Origin: an uncultured Rhabdochlamydiaceae bacterium | Lineage (GTDB): Bacteria; Chlamydiota; Chlamydiia; Chlamydiales; Rhabdochlamydiaceae | Reading direction: 5' to 3' | DNA length: 64,000 bases | NCBI GenBank assembly: GCA_963712275.1 | Contig: CAVQHD010000001.1 | Location: 1,248,001 to 1,312,000 of the forward strand | Part shown: one piece after another, positions 26,625-36,638 of the stretch | How the letters are laid out: the number at the start of each line of letters is the position of its first letter | Position numbering within the stretch: the stretch's first letter is position 1 | Notes under the pieces: generated by a model | Told to the model about the DNA's origin: nothing | Databases searched by the model: none | The model's input: the letters and a program-made list of their open reading frames with translations, nothing else | Program-made: the position numbers and the translations under genes

Positions 26625-27965
26625 ATGAGACAGCTCAAAAATTTTTTCCTTCGCACCTACGGCTGTCAGATGAATGAACTCGACTCGGAGATCATGGTCG
26701 GGCTTTTAGAAAAGCGGGGTCTTAAGAGAACGGACGTGGAGGATGAGGCCGATCTTCTCATTTTTAATACCTGTTCCATTCGAGATTTGGCTGAGCGGAA
26801 GGTCATGGGGAAAATCGGTAAGCTGGGCACCAAAGGCAAACGAGCGCTCATCGGCGTCACGGGGTGCATGGCTATGACGAAAAAAGAGACCCTGTTCCGC
26901 AAGCTGCCTCATATCGATTTTATCATTGGAACCAATAACATCTCAGAGCTGAACACAGTCCTTGATGAGGTGCTTGAAACGGGCCGCCCCGCCATCCGAA
27001 CCGACGATCAGTTTGAGGAAAACCTTGATTACCTTGTGGCGAAACGGGACGATCCAGTGAAGGCCTTTGTTTCAATTATTCGGGGATGTGATAAGTTTTG
27101 CACCTATTGCGTTGTCCCCTATACTCGAGGTCAAGAGGTTTCTCGCCCTCCTGAGAGCATCGAAGAGGAGTGCAGACGGCTTGTTAGTCAAGGGTATAAA
27201 GAGATTACCCTCCTTGGTCAGAATGTCAATAGCTATGGTAAGGATAAGCCGGAGTGGTCTTGCCTATTTCATGATCTTCTCTACCGCCTTGATAAAATCC
27301 CAGGGCTTTCCAGAGTGCGGTTTATGACCTCTCATCCTGTCGACATTACGGTTGACTTAATGAAAGCCATTCGAGATCTCCCATCTGCCTGTGAATTCGT
27401 GCATTTTCCTCTGCAGGCGGGCTCCAATCGCATCTTAAAAAAGATGCATCGCATCTACACAGTCGAGCAATACCTTGAAAAAGTGGCCCTCCTTCGTGAG
27501 ATCGTTCCAAACGTCTCCCTTGGAACCGATATCATTGTCGGCTTTCCAACAGAGACAGAAGAGGAATTTCAGCAAACCTACGATCGGTTTAAAGAGATCG
27601 GTTATTCGGTTGCTTTTCTCTTTGCCTACAGCGCTCGCAAAGGCACCCCCGCCTTCCGGTGGAAGGACGATATTTCAGAGGAAGTCAAAAATGACAGGCT
27701 GCAGCGGCTTCTTGCCTTATATGAGGAAATCGGCGCTCAGGAGAAAAAAGGGATGCTGGGCTCGGTTGTCGAAGTCCTCGTCGAGAGCCGCCTTCGAGAT
27801 GAGTCCCAACTGAAAGGACGCACCCGGTGTTGGAAAAAGGTGATCTTTGCTGGCGATGACCGCCTGATCGGCACATTGCAACATGTTAAAGTCACAGGCT
27901 TTAGCCACCAAACACTTCTAGGGGAGCTTATTCCTCAACTATTAAATCAGAAGGTAAGTGCATGA
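26625..27965 (+). CDS. miaB: tRNA methylthiotransferase MiaB
   Basis: TYGCQMN, NTCSIR, GCDKFCTYC, TRAM C-terminus. Confidence 0.95.
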   Translation: MRQLKNFFLRTYGCQMNELDSEIMVGLLEKRGLKRTDVEDEADLLIFNTCSIRDLAERKVMGKIGKLGTKGKRALIGVTGCMAMTKKETLFRKLPHIDFIIGTNNISELNTVLDEVLETGRPAIRTDDQFEENLDYLVAKRDDPVKAFVSIIRGCDKFCTYCVVPYTRGQEVSRPPESIEEECRRLVSQGYKEITLLGQNVNSYGKDKPEWSCLFHDLLYRLDKIPGLSRVRFMTSHPVDITVDLMKAIRDLPSACEFVHFPLQAGSNRILKKMHRIYTVEQYLEKVALLREIVPNVSLGTDIIVGFPTETEEEFQQTYDRFKEIGYSVAFLFAYSARKGTPAFRWKDDISEEVKNDRLQRLLALYEEIGAQEKKGMLGSVVEVLVESRLRDESQLKGRTRCWKKVIFAGDDRLIGTLQHVKVTGFSHQTLLGELIPQLLNQKVSA

Positions 27966-29380
27966 CGCTTCGGTCGCTTAGTTTTTTTGTTCCCGTCAAG
28001 TATCCGTATCCGTATCCAACACTGATCCAGTTTGTCGACGCCTATTTTGATTTGGGTGGCCGCGTGGCACTTGTGGAGCTGAGCAAAGTGCAAGGGGGAA
28101 GGGAGGGAGTCAGGCTGCAGGCAGACAAAGCAATTCCGTGGTCAATAATTTTGAAGGTGATGTCTTACAGCGCTCCCCTGCTCAACTATCTTATCGCGGC
28201 TCGAGTTCCAGCGCTTTCCAAAATCAAAGGAGCTATCCACTTGCAAATGGCATTAAGCTGGCTCCCTGGGATAATGGCAATTGCCAAGATTATGCTCCGG
28301 TCGATCTACGGTTTTTACATCATAGAGGAAAAGAGAGAAGTTCCTAAGGCAGAAGATTTGGTTTCAGATGAGGTAAAGGTAACGTTGGATAAACTCTTTG
28401 GAGGGCCAGGCTCTTTTGATCAGCTGCCTTTCTATGAGAAAGATGATAGTCCTAAACTTGGTACAATGAGTGCGCCTATCATGCGAGGAGTGACTAAAAA
28501 TCCAAAAAATAACCAGGCCAATCCCTTTATTGCGATCAAAGTACAGCGTGTAAAGAAAGCTGAAGGTTTAGATTTCCTATTCCCTGATGGAGCTTTGGTT
28601 ATTTACCCTCTCTATCTTTTAGGGAAGCAGATGGAAGTTCCTGCTCTACCTGATCAAGCTCTATCTAGTCTAGTCAATGGCCCCATTTTCTTTCCTAATG
28701 CAGCCCGTGATGGGAGAGATTTTACTGATGCTGCAGAAGGCTTTCGACTTTTGCAAGCTCTGATTAGAGACGGAAAAGGAAAAGATACAAAGGGCGTTGA
28801 GTGGGAGATTATTGGACATTCAATTGGTGGGGATCCCAAAGTTTCCACAAAAAGTGATTTGATCCCGGACGAGGTGAAGGCAACGCTGGACGAATTATTT
28901 GGTGGGCCGGGGTCTGTAGATCGATTGCCTTTGTATACGCAAGACGACAGCCCCACCGTCGAAAAAATGAGCGAGCCGGTAATGAAAGGAATTATTACAA
29001 ATCCAAAAAATGGCCATTCTAATCCCTTTATTGCGATCAAGATGCGTTGTTTAACGAAAATCGAAGAGCTTCGTTCCATATACCCTCGCGTTAACTTTGC
29101 TTATTATCCCGATCCGATTGAAGAAGTTTCATTTCTTGCTCCTATGTTTGTTGAGTCGCTTTGTGCCTGGGTAGAAGTTGACTCTCTAAATATAGTTCCT
29201 GTTTTCTTTTATAAGAGTTGGCTTGAAGAAGGAAATTTCACCTACGAAAAGAACGGAAAAGTGACTGAGAGCCAGCGTGAAAACTTTGAGCGTTTAAAAA
29301 CCTTGCTTAGAGAAGGCAAAGGGAAAGATCAAAAGGGCGTTGAGTGGGAAGTGATTGGATATTCGAAAGAGAAACAATAG
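27962..29380 (+). CDS. DUF648-like N-terminus plus two ~165-180 aa tandem repeats
   Basis: VDAYFDLGG..ILKVMSY; repeats DEVK.TLD.LFGGPGS...NPFIAIK...GKGKD.KGVEWE.IG. Confidence 0.7.
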   Translation: MTLRSLSFFVPVKYPYPYPTLIQFVDAYFDLGGRVALVELSKVQGGREGVRLQADKAIPWSIILKVMSYSAPLLNYLIAARVPALSKIKGAIHLQMALSWLPGIMAIAKIMLRSIYGFYIIEEKREVPKAEDLVSDEVKVTLDKLFGGPGSFDQLPFYEKDDSPKLGTMSAPIMRGVTKNPKNNQANPFIAIKVQRVKKAEGLDFLFPDGALVIYPLYLLGKQMEVPALPDQALSSLVNGPIFFPNAARDGRDFTDAAEGFRLLQALIRDGKGKDTKGVEWEIIGHSIGGDPKVSTKSDLIPDEVKATLDELFGGPGSVDRLPLYTQDDSPTVEKMSEPVMKGIITNPKNGHSNPFIAIKMRCLTKIEELRSIYPRVNFAYYPDPIEEVSFLAPMFVESLCAWVEVDSLNIVPVFFYKSWLEEGNFTYEKNGKVTESQRENFERLKTLLREGKGKDQKGVEWEVIGYSKEKQ

Positions 29381-29404
29381 CATTCGGCCCTTGCGGGCCG
29401 AATG
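29381..29404. terminator. Hairpin between convergent genes
   Basis: CATTCGGCCC-TTGC-GGGCCGAATG. Confidence 0.7.
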
Positions 29405-29415
29405 AGGATTAGAAA

Positions 29416-29970
29416 CTATTTTCGGATGCCGGCAAGTTTGGCCATCGCAAGACCTGCGAAAAACCAACCAAAGACCGATTCGATAATAGATGAAATGACA
29501 AAAGTGCCTGGAAATCCAAACCAGATCGCATAAGGAGCTGTTGCCATAAGGCCAATGAGCGCTCCAACGACTGTCACAAAGAGGACAGACTTGTTATACT
29601 CAAGCCGCGTTTGGAAAAGAAGCCAAGCGACAAGGCAAGCTGCGATAATTTTCACGATAAGCCCTGCTGTCGCAGAACCTATCATGCTGGGGCTTTTGCC
29701 GTTTACCATCACAGAAGCAAATACAAAAGGACCTTCAGCCATTTGTTTTTTTGCTTCCTCCAGCTGATCTTGATTATTATAGTTCAAAGAAGGCAGCATA
29801 TAGAGGCCACTTTCAGGTGCGTTGTCTTTAATTGCAAAACGGACATCTTTTTCATTTGAAAACTGTTTAAATTGATTCATTTGCCAAGGTAACACCGTCC
29901 ACGCAGCTGCACCCCAAAGAAAGAGAATGAAACCGCCGATGAACCCGCATTTCATGATTTTTTGCATCAT
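29416..29970 (-). CDS. Membrane protein
   Basis: About 4 hydrophobic segments. Confidence 0.7.
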   Translation of the reverse strand: MMQKIMKCGFIGGFILFLWGAAAWTVLPWQMNQFKQFSNEKDVRFAIKDNAPESGLYMLPSLNYNNQDQLEEAKKQMAEGPFVFASVMVNGKSPSMIGSATAGLIVKIIAACLVAWLLFQTRLEYNKSVLFVTVVGALIGLMATAPYAIWFGFPGTFVISSIIESVFGWFFAGLAMAKLAGIRK

Positions 29971-30070
29971 AAGCTTGAGGACTCCTTTTGTTATTGTGAA
30001 GTTTTCCTCATCCTAATCAAGGAGCTCTTTTGCATCAATTATTTATTTAATCGGAGCTTTGAGAGCTCCC

Positions 30071-31783
30071 TCAATGATAGAGACATTGAATGACGGCAGA
30101 GGCTGCGACGACTCGGAGAAGTTGAAAAGGCTCGCCAAGAATATCGATTAAAAAAGGGATTGACTCTTGTGTTCCCACATGGCCAATGGCCTCGAGAATT
30201 TGGATTTTCATTTCTCGGCTGACCTGAGGATAGGCCTCTTGCAGGGTCTTGATGGCGGTCCGATCATTGCCGTAAATGGCAAGCATCAGAGCTGCCTGAA
30301 CCCGAATGCGGCAGTCAGGCTCATGGAGAAGCTGTCGAATGATAGAAAGAGCTTCTTCGTCGCCTTCCTGAAGTAAAACAGCAACGGCAGCTCCTGTCAC
30401 TTCCCATGTTTCATTTTTGACAAATTTCTTCACGGTTTCTTGAGCTTTGGGGTATTTCAATATGCAGAGAAGATTGAGAAGATCGAGCCGCGTCAGCTGA
30501 TCGACCATTTTTGGATAGTTTTGCACTTGGTCAATATGATAAACTACATTCGGAACGATCATATGAATCGATGAGGAATCATCCCACATTAAACGGCCTG
30601 TTTCAGGATTGCAGAAAAAAGCGTCAAGCACTTGACAGGCAGATGCAACCTCAACCCGTTGCCCTACGAGCCCTAAAGCCAGGTTGGCTTTAACAAAGGG
30701 ATCTTCGTGAGCATCCATTTGTTCTTTAATGAAGGGATAAGCCATCGACCCACACCTGGGAAGCATAGCGGCTGCCATCCAGCGCCAGCGAGGATGGATA
30801 TCTGAGAGCCATTTTTTTAATGATTCGACTCCTTCTAATTCTCCTTGGCGGCAGAGAACCCAAGAAGCTGTGATTGCAACTTGAGGATGATGGTCACTGG
30901 CCAAATTTTTAAGGGTCTCTATTTCGATTTTTTCCTGAAGGATTCCCAGCGCTCGCAAGGCATCTGCTCGGACGTCAGGTGAGGAATCTCGAAGGAGTTT
31001 TTTTAGGTTGTCGCTTGCTGTGGGAAGGTCATAATAGCCAATGAGTTCGCAGGAAAGCTGCCTAAGGCCTGCACGAGAGCTTGTCAGCAGCTGCTCTAGA
31101 TCGGTATTTCGAATTCCATCGTACATTTGGACAAGGGCTAGAATAGCTTCGGCTTTTTCCTCTGCAACTGTTCGAGGGTTTGCGACGATTTTGACAAGGA
31201 GGGGTTTTAAAGAGAGGATTCGGAGCTTTCCCACAGCTCGAATCACTTCTTGTCTGACAAACCAGACCGGTTCTTCTTGGGTCATCCTGGTGAGCTCTTC
31301 CTGGAGAGGCCCATCTCCGAGTTCAGCAGCAAAACGAACTCCAAAAAGGCGGAGAAATGCATTAGAGCTTCGAAGTGCTGAAATGAGCATAGGAATGGCC
31401 CGTACGTCGCGTGTCAGAGCAGCCCCAATCAGGGAAGAGAGATGGATGTGAACTTGAGGAGAGAATTCTCCTTTCTTTAAGACGCTCCAGGCTAAAATCT
31501 CAACAGCTCTCCGATCTTTTTGAAACTCAGAGCGCATCACATTCCACTCTTGAAAAACAGCGGTTTCATCTCCTTTTTCTGCAAGCGCTTGGATAAAGGC
31601 TAGCCGAACTGTTTTGGAATCAGGATAAACCTCTAAGGCTGCTTTTGCGGCATCGACAGCTGCCTGAGGATCATGGACTTTTAAATAGGAAAAAACATGC
31701 CGTGCTGCGCTCTCTTCTGTTTCCCAACTTTTCAAGTTGTTTGGGTATAAAAAAGCGAGAAGAATTGGCAAAAAGTAGATCAT
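30071..31783 (-). CDS. HEAT repeat protein
   Basis: Repeated LL.D..P.VR..A..ALG motifs. Confidence 0.8.
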   Translation of the reverse strand: MIYFLPILLAFLYPNNLKSWETEESAARHVFSYLKVHDPQAAVDAAKAALEVYPDSKTVRLAFIQALAEKGDETAVFQEWNVMRSEFQKDRRAVEILAWSVLKKGEFSPQVHIHLSSLIGAALTRDVRAIPMLISALRSSNAFLRLFGVRFAAELGDGPLQEELTRMTQEEPVWFVRQEVIRAVGKLRILSLKPLLVKIVANPRTVAEEKAEAILALVQMYDGIRNTDLEQLLTSSRAGLRQLSCELIGYYDLPTASDNLKKLLRDSSPDVRADALRALGILQEKIEIETLKNLASDHHPQVAITASWVLCRQGELEGVESLKKWLSDIHPRWRWMAAAMLPRCGSMAYPFIKEQMDAHEDPFVKANLALGLVGQRVEVASACQVLDAFFCNPETGRLMWDDSSSIHMIVPNVVYHIDQVQNYPKMVDQLTRLDLLNLLCILKYPKAQETVKKFVKNETWEVTGAAVAVLLQEGDEEALSIIRQLLHEPDCRIRVQAALMLAIYGNDRTAIKTLQEAYPQVSREMKIQILEAIGHVGTQESIPFLIDILGEPFQLLRVVAASAVIQCLYH

Positions 31784-32115
31784 GCGAGGTGCGTTAGCCG
31801 GCGCCCTCCAATGAGGTGAAAGTGCAAGTGAAAAATGACTTGCCCTCCCTCTTCTCCATTATTTGTCAAAAGACGGTACCCATCTTCAATTTCAAACTGC
31901 CGAGCGAGCATTTGCGCCACTTGGATGATCTCTGTAATGAGTCCAAGGTCTTCTGAGCTGACAGCTTGCAGATTGGGGATCTCTTTTTTCGGCATGATCA
32001 ATAAGTGAACAGGGGCGACAGGGTGTTTATCTTTAATCACTAAAATGCGGTCATTTTCAAAGACTTTCTCCGCCGGAAGAGCTCCTGCGATAATTTTCCC
32101 AAAAATCGTTGTCAT
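31780..32115 (-). CDS. HIT family nucleotide-binding protein
   Basis: TIFGKII, HLHFHLIGG. Confidence 0.92.
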   Translation of the reverse strand: MTTIFGKIIAGALPAEKVFENDRILVIKDKHPVAPVHLLIMPKKEIPNLQAVSSEDLGLITEIIQVAQMLARQFEIEDGYRLLTNNGEEGGQVIFHLHFHLIGGRRLTHLA

Positions 32116-32972
32116 TTTAAAACCTTGTTTAAAGCTTTGATAGCATCTTCTTTTGTTTCCCACACAGAGATAAAACGGCCTTTGTGGCAAAAAATAGCTC
32201 CCTGAATTCCGGAGGCTTGTTTGAGCTCATCATCCATGAGCCCGGCCCATGCCTCAGGAAGCGGACACCGAACTTTCATCCGATCCCGACTATTTGGAGG
32301 AATCCCTCGAAGCTTCCAATGAGAGCCAGATGGCATAATGACGAAGAGGGCGGGGTGTTTTTCTCCTTCCATCTCAAAGAAGATATCCATCCAAGGCATT
32401 GCTTGATCAAACACAAGCGTCTTCTGCGCTTTCTGCATCGCCTCTTCGACGGAGAGGCGGCACTGCTCGATATAATCCCAGCGCTCCAGCAGCCGCTCCA
32501 AATGCCCTTTTGTAAAATCAACTGCTTCATCAAAAGCATGCCGCATTAGTGCTGGGGGAGGATCGTAGATCGGGGGAATAAAGTTCGAGATCACCTGTGA
32601 AAAGGTGCAGACTCCAGCCTCAAACGTGACGCGGCCGTTATCATGGGCATCGACTCCCATTACAAGGGATTGATTGAAAAAATGAAACTTTTTTCGATCG
32701 ATGATCCCTTGATCAAATAGGTAGAGCAGCACCATCCCAGCGCTGCTTAAATCCCCTGCGTAATCGACTTGATGGTGGTCAAACCGTTTTTGCAAGGGGT
32801 CATAAAGGCCCCCTACATCACAGACGTATTCACAGTGCTGCAGCTCTTTCCTATCTCGAGTCCGGATAATCTGATCCCGATCGATCCGATTGAAAACAAG
32901 CAGAAGCGCAGCTGCCGTTACTTCGTCTGCATGAAACGACCCGTCGTGTGTTCCTAGCGATCTTGCTCTCAT
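32112..32972 (-). CDS. MYG1 family protein
   Basis: GTHDGSFHADE, DVGG, FDHHQ, FCHKGRF. Confidence 0.92.
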   Translation of the reverse strand: MRARSLGTHDGSFHADEVTAAALLLVFNRIDRDQIIRTRDRKELQHCEYVCDVGGLYDPLQKRFDHHQVDYAGDLSSAGMVLLYLFDQGIIDRKKFHFFNQSLVMGVDAHDNGRVTFEAGVCTFSQVISNFIPPIYDPPPALMRHAFDEAVDFTKGHLERLLERWDYIEQCRLSVEEAMQKAQKTLVFDQAMPWMDIFFEMEGEKHPALFVIMPSGSHWKLRGIPPNSRDRMKVRCPLPEAWAGLMDDELKQASGIQGAIFCHKGRFISVWETKEDAIKALNKVLK

Positions 32973-33041
32973 AAAAAGGTCAGTATAACTGGAGCGGGTG
33001 GCAAAAGTCATCATCGATTTACGATAATTTTTCTTGATTTA

Positions 33042-33221
33042 CTAGAGAGGTAGCTCGCAAAACTCAGGTTCAGTCGATTTTCGGGTTCTTTTGAACCGAT
33101 TTTCGATCCAAATTGCGGGGGTAATATCGACTTTCAGTATATTACCCCCGCAATTTGGATCGAAAATCGGTCAAAATAATCCCGAAAATCGACGAACCCT
33201 GAGTTTTGCAACTACCTCTAG
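33042..33221. repeat. 180-bp palindromic element (family B)
   Basis: Near-perfect ~80-bp arms, GAGGTAGCTCGCAAAACTCAGG / CCTGAGTTTTGCAACTACCTC, CTAG at both ends. Confidence 0.85.
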
Positions 33222-33301
33222 AAGGTAATTTTGTGTAAAATATCCTCTTTATTTAATTGAAACACGATCAACAAGATAATTTTTTAATAAAAGGAGATGC
33301 T

Positions 33302-33613
33302 ATGGTTGCAGGCGTTCAAAATAGACCGTTAGTGATAGAAGGGCAGAGATTCATGTACACGCTGACAGAAAGAGTCTCAGATTTTTGTCCCGACAAAGTG
33401 CATAAAGTAGTGGTTTGTGCAGGAATTTTTCTGGGAGTCATTTCAGGCTTGGTCGTTGGCCCAAGCTTAATGTTTCTTGGTCATGAGGATGTACAAATCG
33501 CAGGAGTTGGGCTTACAGCTGGAGGAGCTGTTTTGTTAGGAGTTTGTGCATCCTGTTACATCAACCGTAAGGCTTCCGAGGCAGCTGAGCTGATGGCGGG
33601 GACTGATTTCTAA
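33302..33613 (+). CDS. Small protein with bilobed hydrophobic domain (Inc-like)
   Basis: Two adjacent hydrophobic helices; AGGAG RBS. Confidence 0.5.
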   Translation: MVAGVQNRPLVIEGQRFMYTLTERVSDFCPDKVHKVVVCAGIFLGVISGLVVGPSLMFLGHEDVQIAGVGLTAGGAVLLGVCASCYINRKASEAAELMAGTDF

Positions 33614-33722
33614 GCGCTGTGCTAATTATTAAAGTCATTCATTCTTAAGTGCTTAAGATTTTCTTTCACGGGCTGGTTTGTTTTTTGAGCATAAAAATTG
33701 GATTTTGGTTTATCTTTTGAGC

Positions 33723-33800
33723 ATGAAAAGATTAATCGACTGGCACTTAATGGCTTGGAAAAACAAACCGCAAAGAAAGCCTTTGGTTCTCAATCGCGGG
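33723..33800 (+). pseudogene. 5' remnant of an AAA (DUF4143-type) ATPase gene
   Basis: MKRLIDWHLMAWKNKPQRKPLVL breaks off where RGARQVGKT is expected; upstream TTTTGAGCAT direct repeat. Confidence 0.55.
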
Positions 33801-33920
33801 AAAAACCCTCCTTTTTCTAGACGAAATTCAATCTGCGCCTCAGGTTATTTTAGCCTTGCGTTTGCTCACCCGGACCAGAAGGAAGCCTTGTTAAGCCTTT
33901 TAACCTGATTTTTAAAAGAG

Positions 33921-34907
33921 TTATCCTTCAAAAAACTTTGCGAGTGTTTCTTTTCCTTTGACTTTATCGCAATCTTGTAGCTCTGCTGCAAGAACATCCC
34001 ATGAAGAGTATTTTGCAGGAATCCAGCCACGGATTATTGATGGTGTCAGTAGGGCGTTAGAAGAATTTGAGGGTTGAATTTCTCTTCCAGTTAACTTCTT
34101 AAAGCCCGAGCAAGGATTTTTTGCTAAAAGAGATGCGGCCATGTCCAAGATAAAGAAGAGTCGGTGTGCTTGACGATAAGGCGTCCAATTGTTTGCATGT
34201 GTTGAATACCAATTTGTAAAAATAAACAGTTTTTGACAGGCTTCCGAAAAAGACTCAATTTCATTAAATGCAGAAACAATATATCTAGTAATATCAAAGT
34301 CGTCTTTATAATGATTTAATATACGCTCTAGAAGTTGAGGCGATATCCATTGAATAAAAGCAGAGCCGTTATGAAGAAAATATCCATTTTTGACAGGGTG
34401 ATCAAAGAATTTTTCAAATGCAGTATCATCGAGCTGTCCTTCTGCATTTCGACGGTTGAGTTCGCAGATACTGGCTTGATCGTTACATCCGACTAAACCA
34501 AGCGGCATGAGGGTCAAAAATCTCTCTTTTTGACTCGGTGGCAGCTGCTTTCGAAAAGAATCTAATGTAGTTTTAAAATGACCTGACCAATTCTTATGGC
34601 ATAGGACTATTTCTGCTTTTGAGAATAATTCTTTTATCTTTTCATTTCCCTTGCCTTGAGGAAAACAGTCTTCGGGTGGTAGAAGAGGAAAATGCTTAAA
34701 AAATATTTTAGGAATCCTCTTTTGCATCGAGAGGTTAGATGTAATGAACCTCCTCTCATGTTCTTTTGATCGCCATTCATACCCTTCCGCTGTTGCAATG
34801 AGGGAGCCGAGTAGTTTTATCCGTTGATCTCTTCCTGCAAGTCCTTGCGGGCAAACCTCCAAGGAAGCTTCTATGGAAGATATGTTGTTTGTAATAGGTT
34901 GAGTCAT
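33921..34907 (-). CDS. Hypothetical protein, duplicate copy 1
   Basis: Near-identical to 36639-37589. Confidence 0.75.
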   Translation of the reverse strand: MTQPITNNISSIEASLEVCPQGLAGRDQRIKLLGSLIATAEGYEWRSKEHERRFITSNLSMQKRIPKIFFKHFPLLPPEDCFPQGKGNEKIKELFSKAEIVLCHKNWSGHFKTTLDSFRKQLPPSQKERFLTLMPLGLVGCNDQASICELNRRNAEGQLDDTAFEKFFDHPVKNGYFLHNGSAFIQWISPQLLERILNHYKDDFDITRYIVSAFNEIESFSEACQKLFIFTNWYSTHANNWTPYRQAHRLFFILDMAASLLAKNPCSGFKKLTGREIQPSNSSNALLTPSIIRGWIPAKYSSWDVLAAELQDCDKVKGKETLAKFFEG

Positions 34908-34921
34908 TTGTTTCTCCTTTT

Positions 34922-36588
34922 GTAACAGTTCAGATACCCCCGCCTTCGGCAGGATAGGGGTATCTGAAAAAAATGGAAGAGGATTAAACGGCGATTAATA
35001 ACGGGACGACTTCTTGACGCACTTCTAATAGCCGTGGACAGCCTTTTATGGCCTCGGATAAAGCATCCCAGATATTCCAGCCCTGTTTTCGGGCTGTCGA
35101 TAAGTAGCTCCGAATACGACAAAAAATCTGGCCTCCTTTGGGAGTTCTAAAACAGCCTGCGATCTTTTGCTTGAGCTTTACCATACGAATATCCTGCTCT
35201 CCTTGATTGTTCGTAAAGGGTACTGCAAAATCGTACATGAAGAGGAGGACACTGCTACGGTACTCTTGGAACCGGTCCAGAAGGTTTTTACCATCCCTCT
35301 GCTTTTGCCTGCCTCGCTTGCCTTTAGGCAAGGGAGGCAGTCGCGAGTGATATTCAAGCCCCTCAGCAATAATTTGTGTATACGCCTGTTCTATCTGGTG
35401 TAAAACCTCTTTGGGAAGCACCCATTGAGCTAGATATTTCTCGACCTCATTTTTTGCAAAAATGAGAAGGTCTTTCATCCGTTTTGCCCAACCTTCTTTT
35501 TTTTCCTCATGTATGAATGTAAGCTCCCGCAAATGATGGGCATTGCACAGCCCATGCACAACCTGTTCGTAAGAAAAATAAGGAAACCAATGGTCATGGA
35601 TCGCTTTCCCTCGGAACTGGGATAAAATATTCGCCTCATCCATTGCTTCTTTCCCACGTTTGGAATGTATCATGTAGAAAGTCGACCATTGTGATGAGGT
35701 TACGTGAACCCAGTGAAGTTTTTTCTCACATCTCATCCCTGTTTCATCAAAATGCAGAATCTGTGCTGCTAACAGGTATACTTTTAGACTGCTCTCGAAC
35801 GATTCGAGCTTCTGAAAGAGCTTTTCGTCAACATTTGCACAAGTGCCTGGTGAAATAGCAATGCCAAAAATGTCCTCGAAGATTTCGCATACACGGTCAA
35901 CAGGTATAAAATGTTGATGGGCAAAGTAAGCTGTTAGTGCTTGAACTCTCTCTCCATATTGAACGGGGCCTCTAACATTCTCAGGGAAAGCTGCCCTATT
36001 GAACTCTCCACAACAAGGACATTGTTTTTCCAGAGCACGATGTTCTGTTACCTCGATTTTTGGTTGGGGTAAATCAAAGACTTGTCGCGCTTCAGTGCAA
36101 ACACCCGCTACTTGACTGAGACTCGATCCACATCCGTTACAGCTTGTAGGCGTATGAGTCACCACTAAATCAGGATTTGCGACTTGAGCAAGACCTTTTC
36201 CGACATGTCCTTGTTGTCCTCCTGGTTTTTTGCCCGATTGATTGCGTAGGCTTTTTGGCTTTCTCTTCAACCCATCGCTGCTAGGAGGTTTGCTACTATT
36301 GGAGCTGTTTTTCGATAGACGAGTTTCTAAATCTTGGACACGGGTTTCTAGCTGTTGTATGCGGATCTGCTGTTGCTGAATGGTTGCTTCGAGATAACGA
36401 ATATATGAACGGATCGACTCGGGCAATGAATCAAAAACTTCACCGGAAAGACTTGGTATCGAACCTGTCGAATAATTCATGCTAACATGGTATCAAAAAA
36501 CTCTTACGATGAAAAGTTAAATTTTATCTTCATGCCACTTTTCAGATGCCCCCTGTCTTGCCGAAGGCGGGGGTATCTGAACTGTTAC
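34922..36588 (-). mobile_element. IS66 family element (single-ORF, ISBst12-like)
   Basis: ~50-bp terminal IRs starting GTAACAGTTCAGATACCCCCGCC; no TSD visible. Confidence 0.92.
34984..36480 (-). CDS. IS66 family transposase
   Basis: NSSNSSKPPSSD, KPGGQQGH, Zn finger, HFDETG, CNAHHLREL, TNNQGEQDIR. Confidence 0.95.
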   Translation of the reverse strand: MNYSTGSIPSLSGEVFDSLPESIRSYIRYLEATIQQQQIRIQQLETRVQDLETRLSKNSSNSSKPPSSDGLKRKPKSLRNQSGKKPGGQQGHVGKGLAQVANPDLVVTHTPTSCNGCGSSLSQVAGVCTEARQVFDLPQPKIEVTEHRALEKQCPCCGEFNRAAFPENVRGPVQYGERVQALTAYFAHQHFIPVDRVCEIFEDIFGIAISPGTCANVDEKLFQKLESFESSLKVYLLAAQILHFDETGMRCEKKLHWVHVTSSQWSTFYMIHSKRGKEAMDEANILSQFRGKAIHDHWFPYFSYEQVVHGLCNAHHLRELTFIHEEKKEGWAKRMKDLLIFAKNEVEKYLAQWVLPKEVLHQIEQAYTQIIAEGLEYHSRLPPLPKGKRGRQKQRDGKNLLDRFQEYRSSVLLFMYDFAVPFTNNQGEQDIRMVKLKQKIAGCFRTPKGGQIFCRIRSYLSTARKQGWNIWDALSEAIKGCPRLLEVRQEVVPLLIAV

Positions 36589-36638
36589 GAAATTACTTGA
36601 TTAGAGGGAGTTTTGCAACTCCCTCAATAACCTACGAA

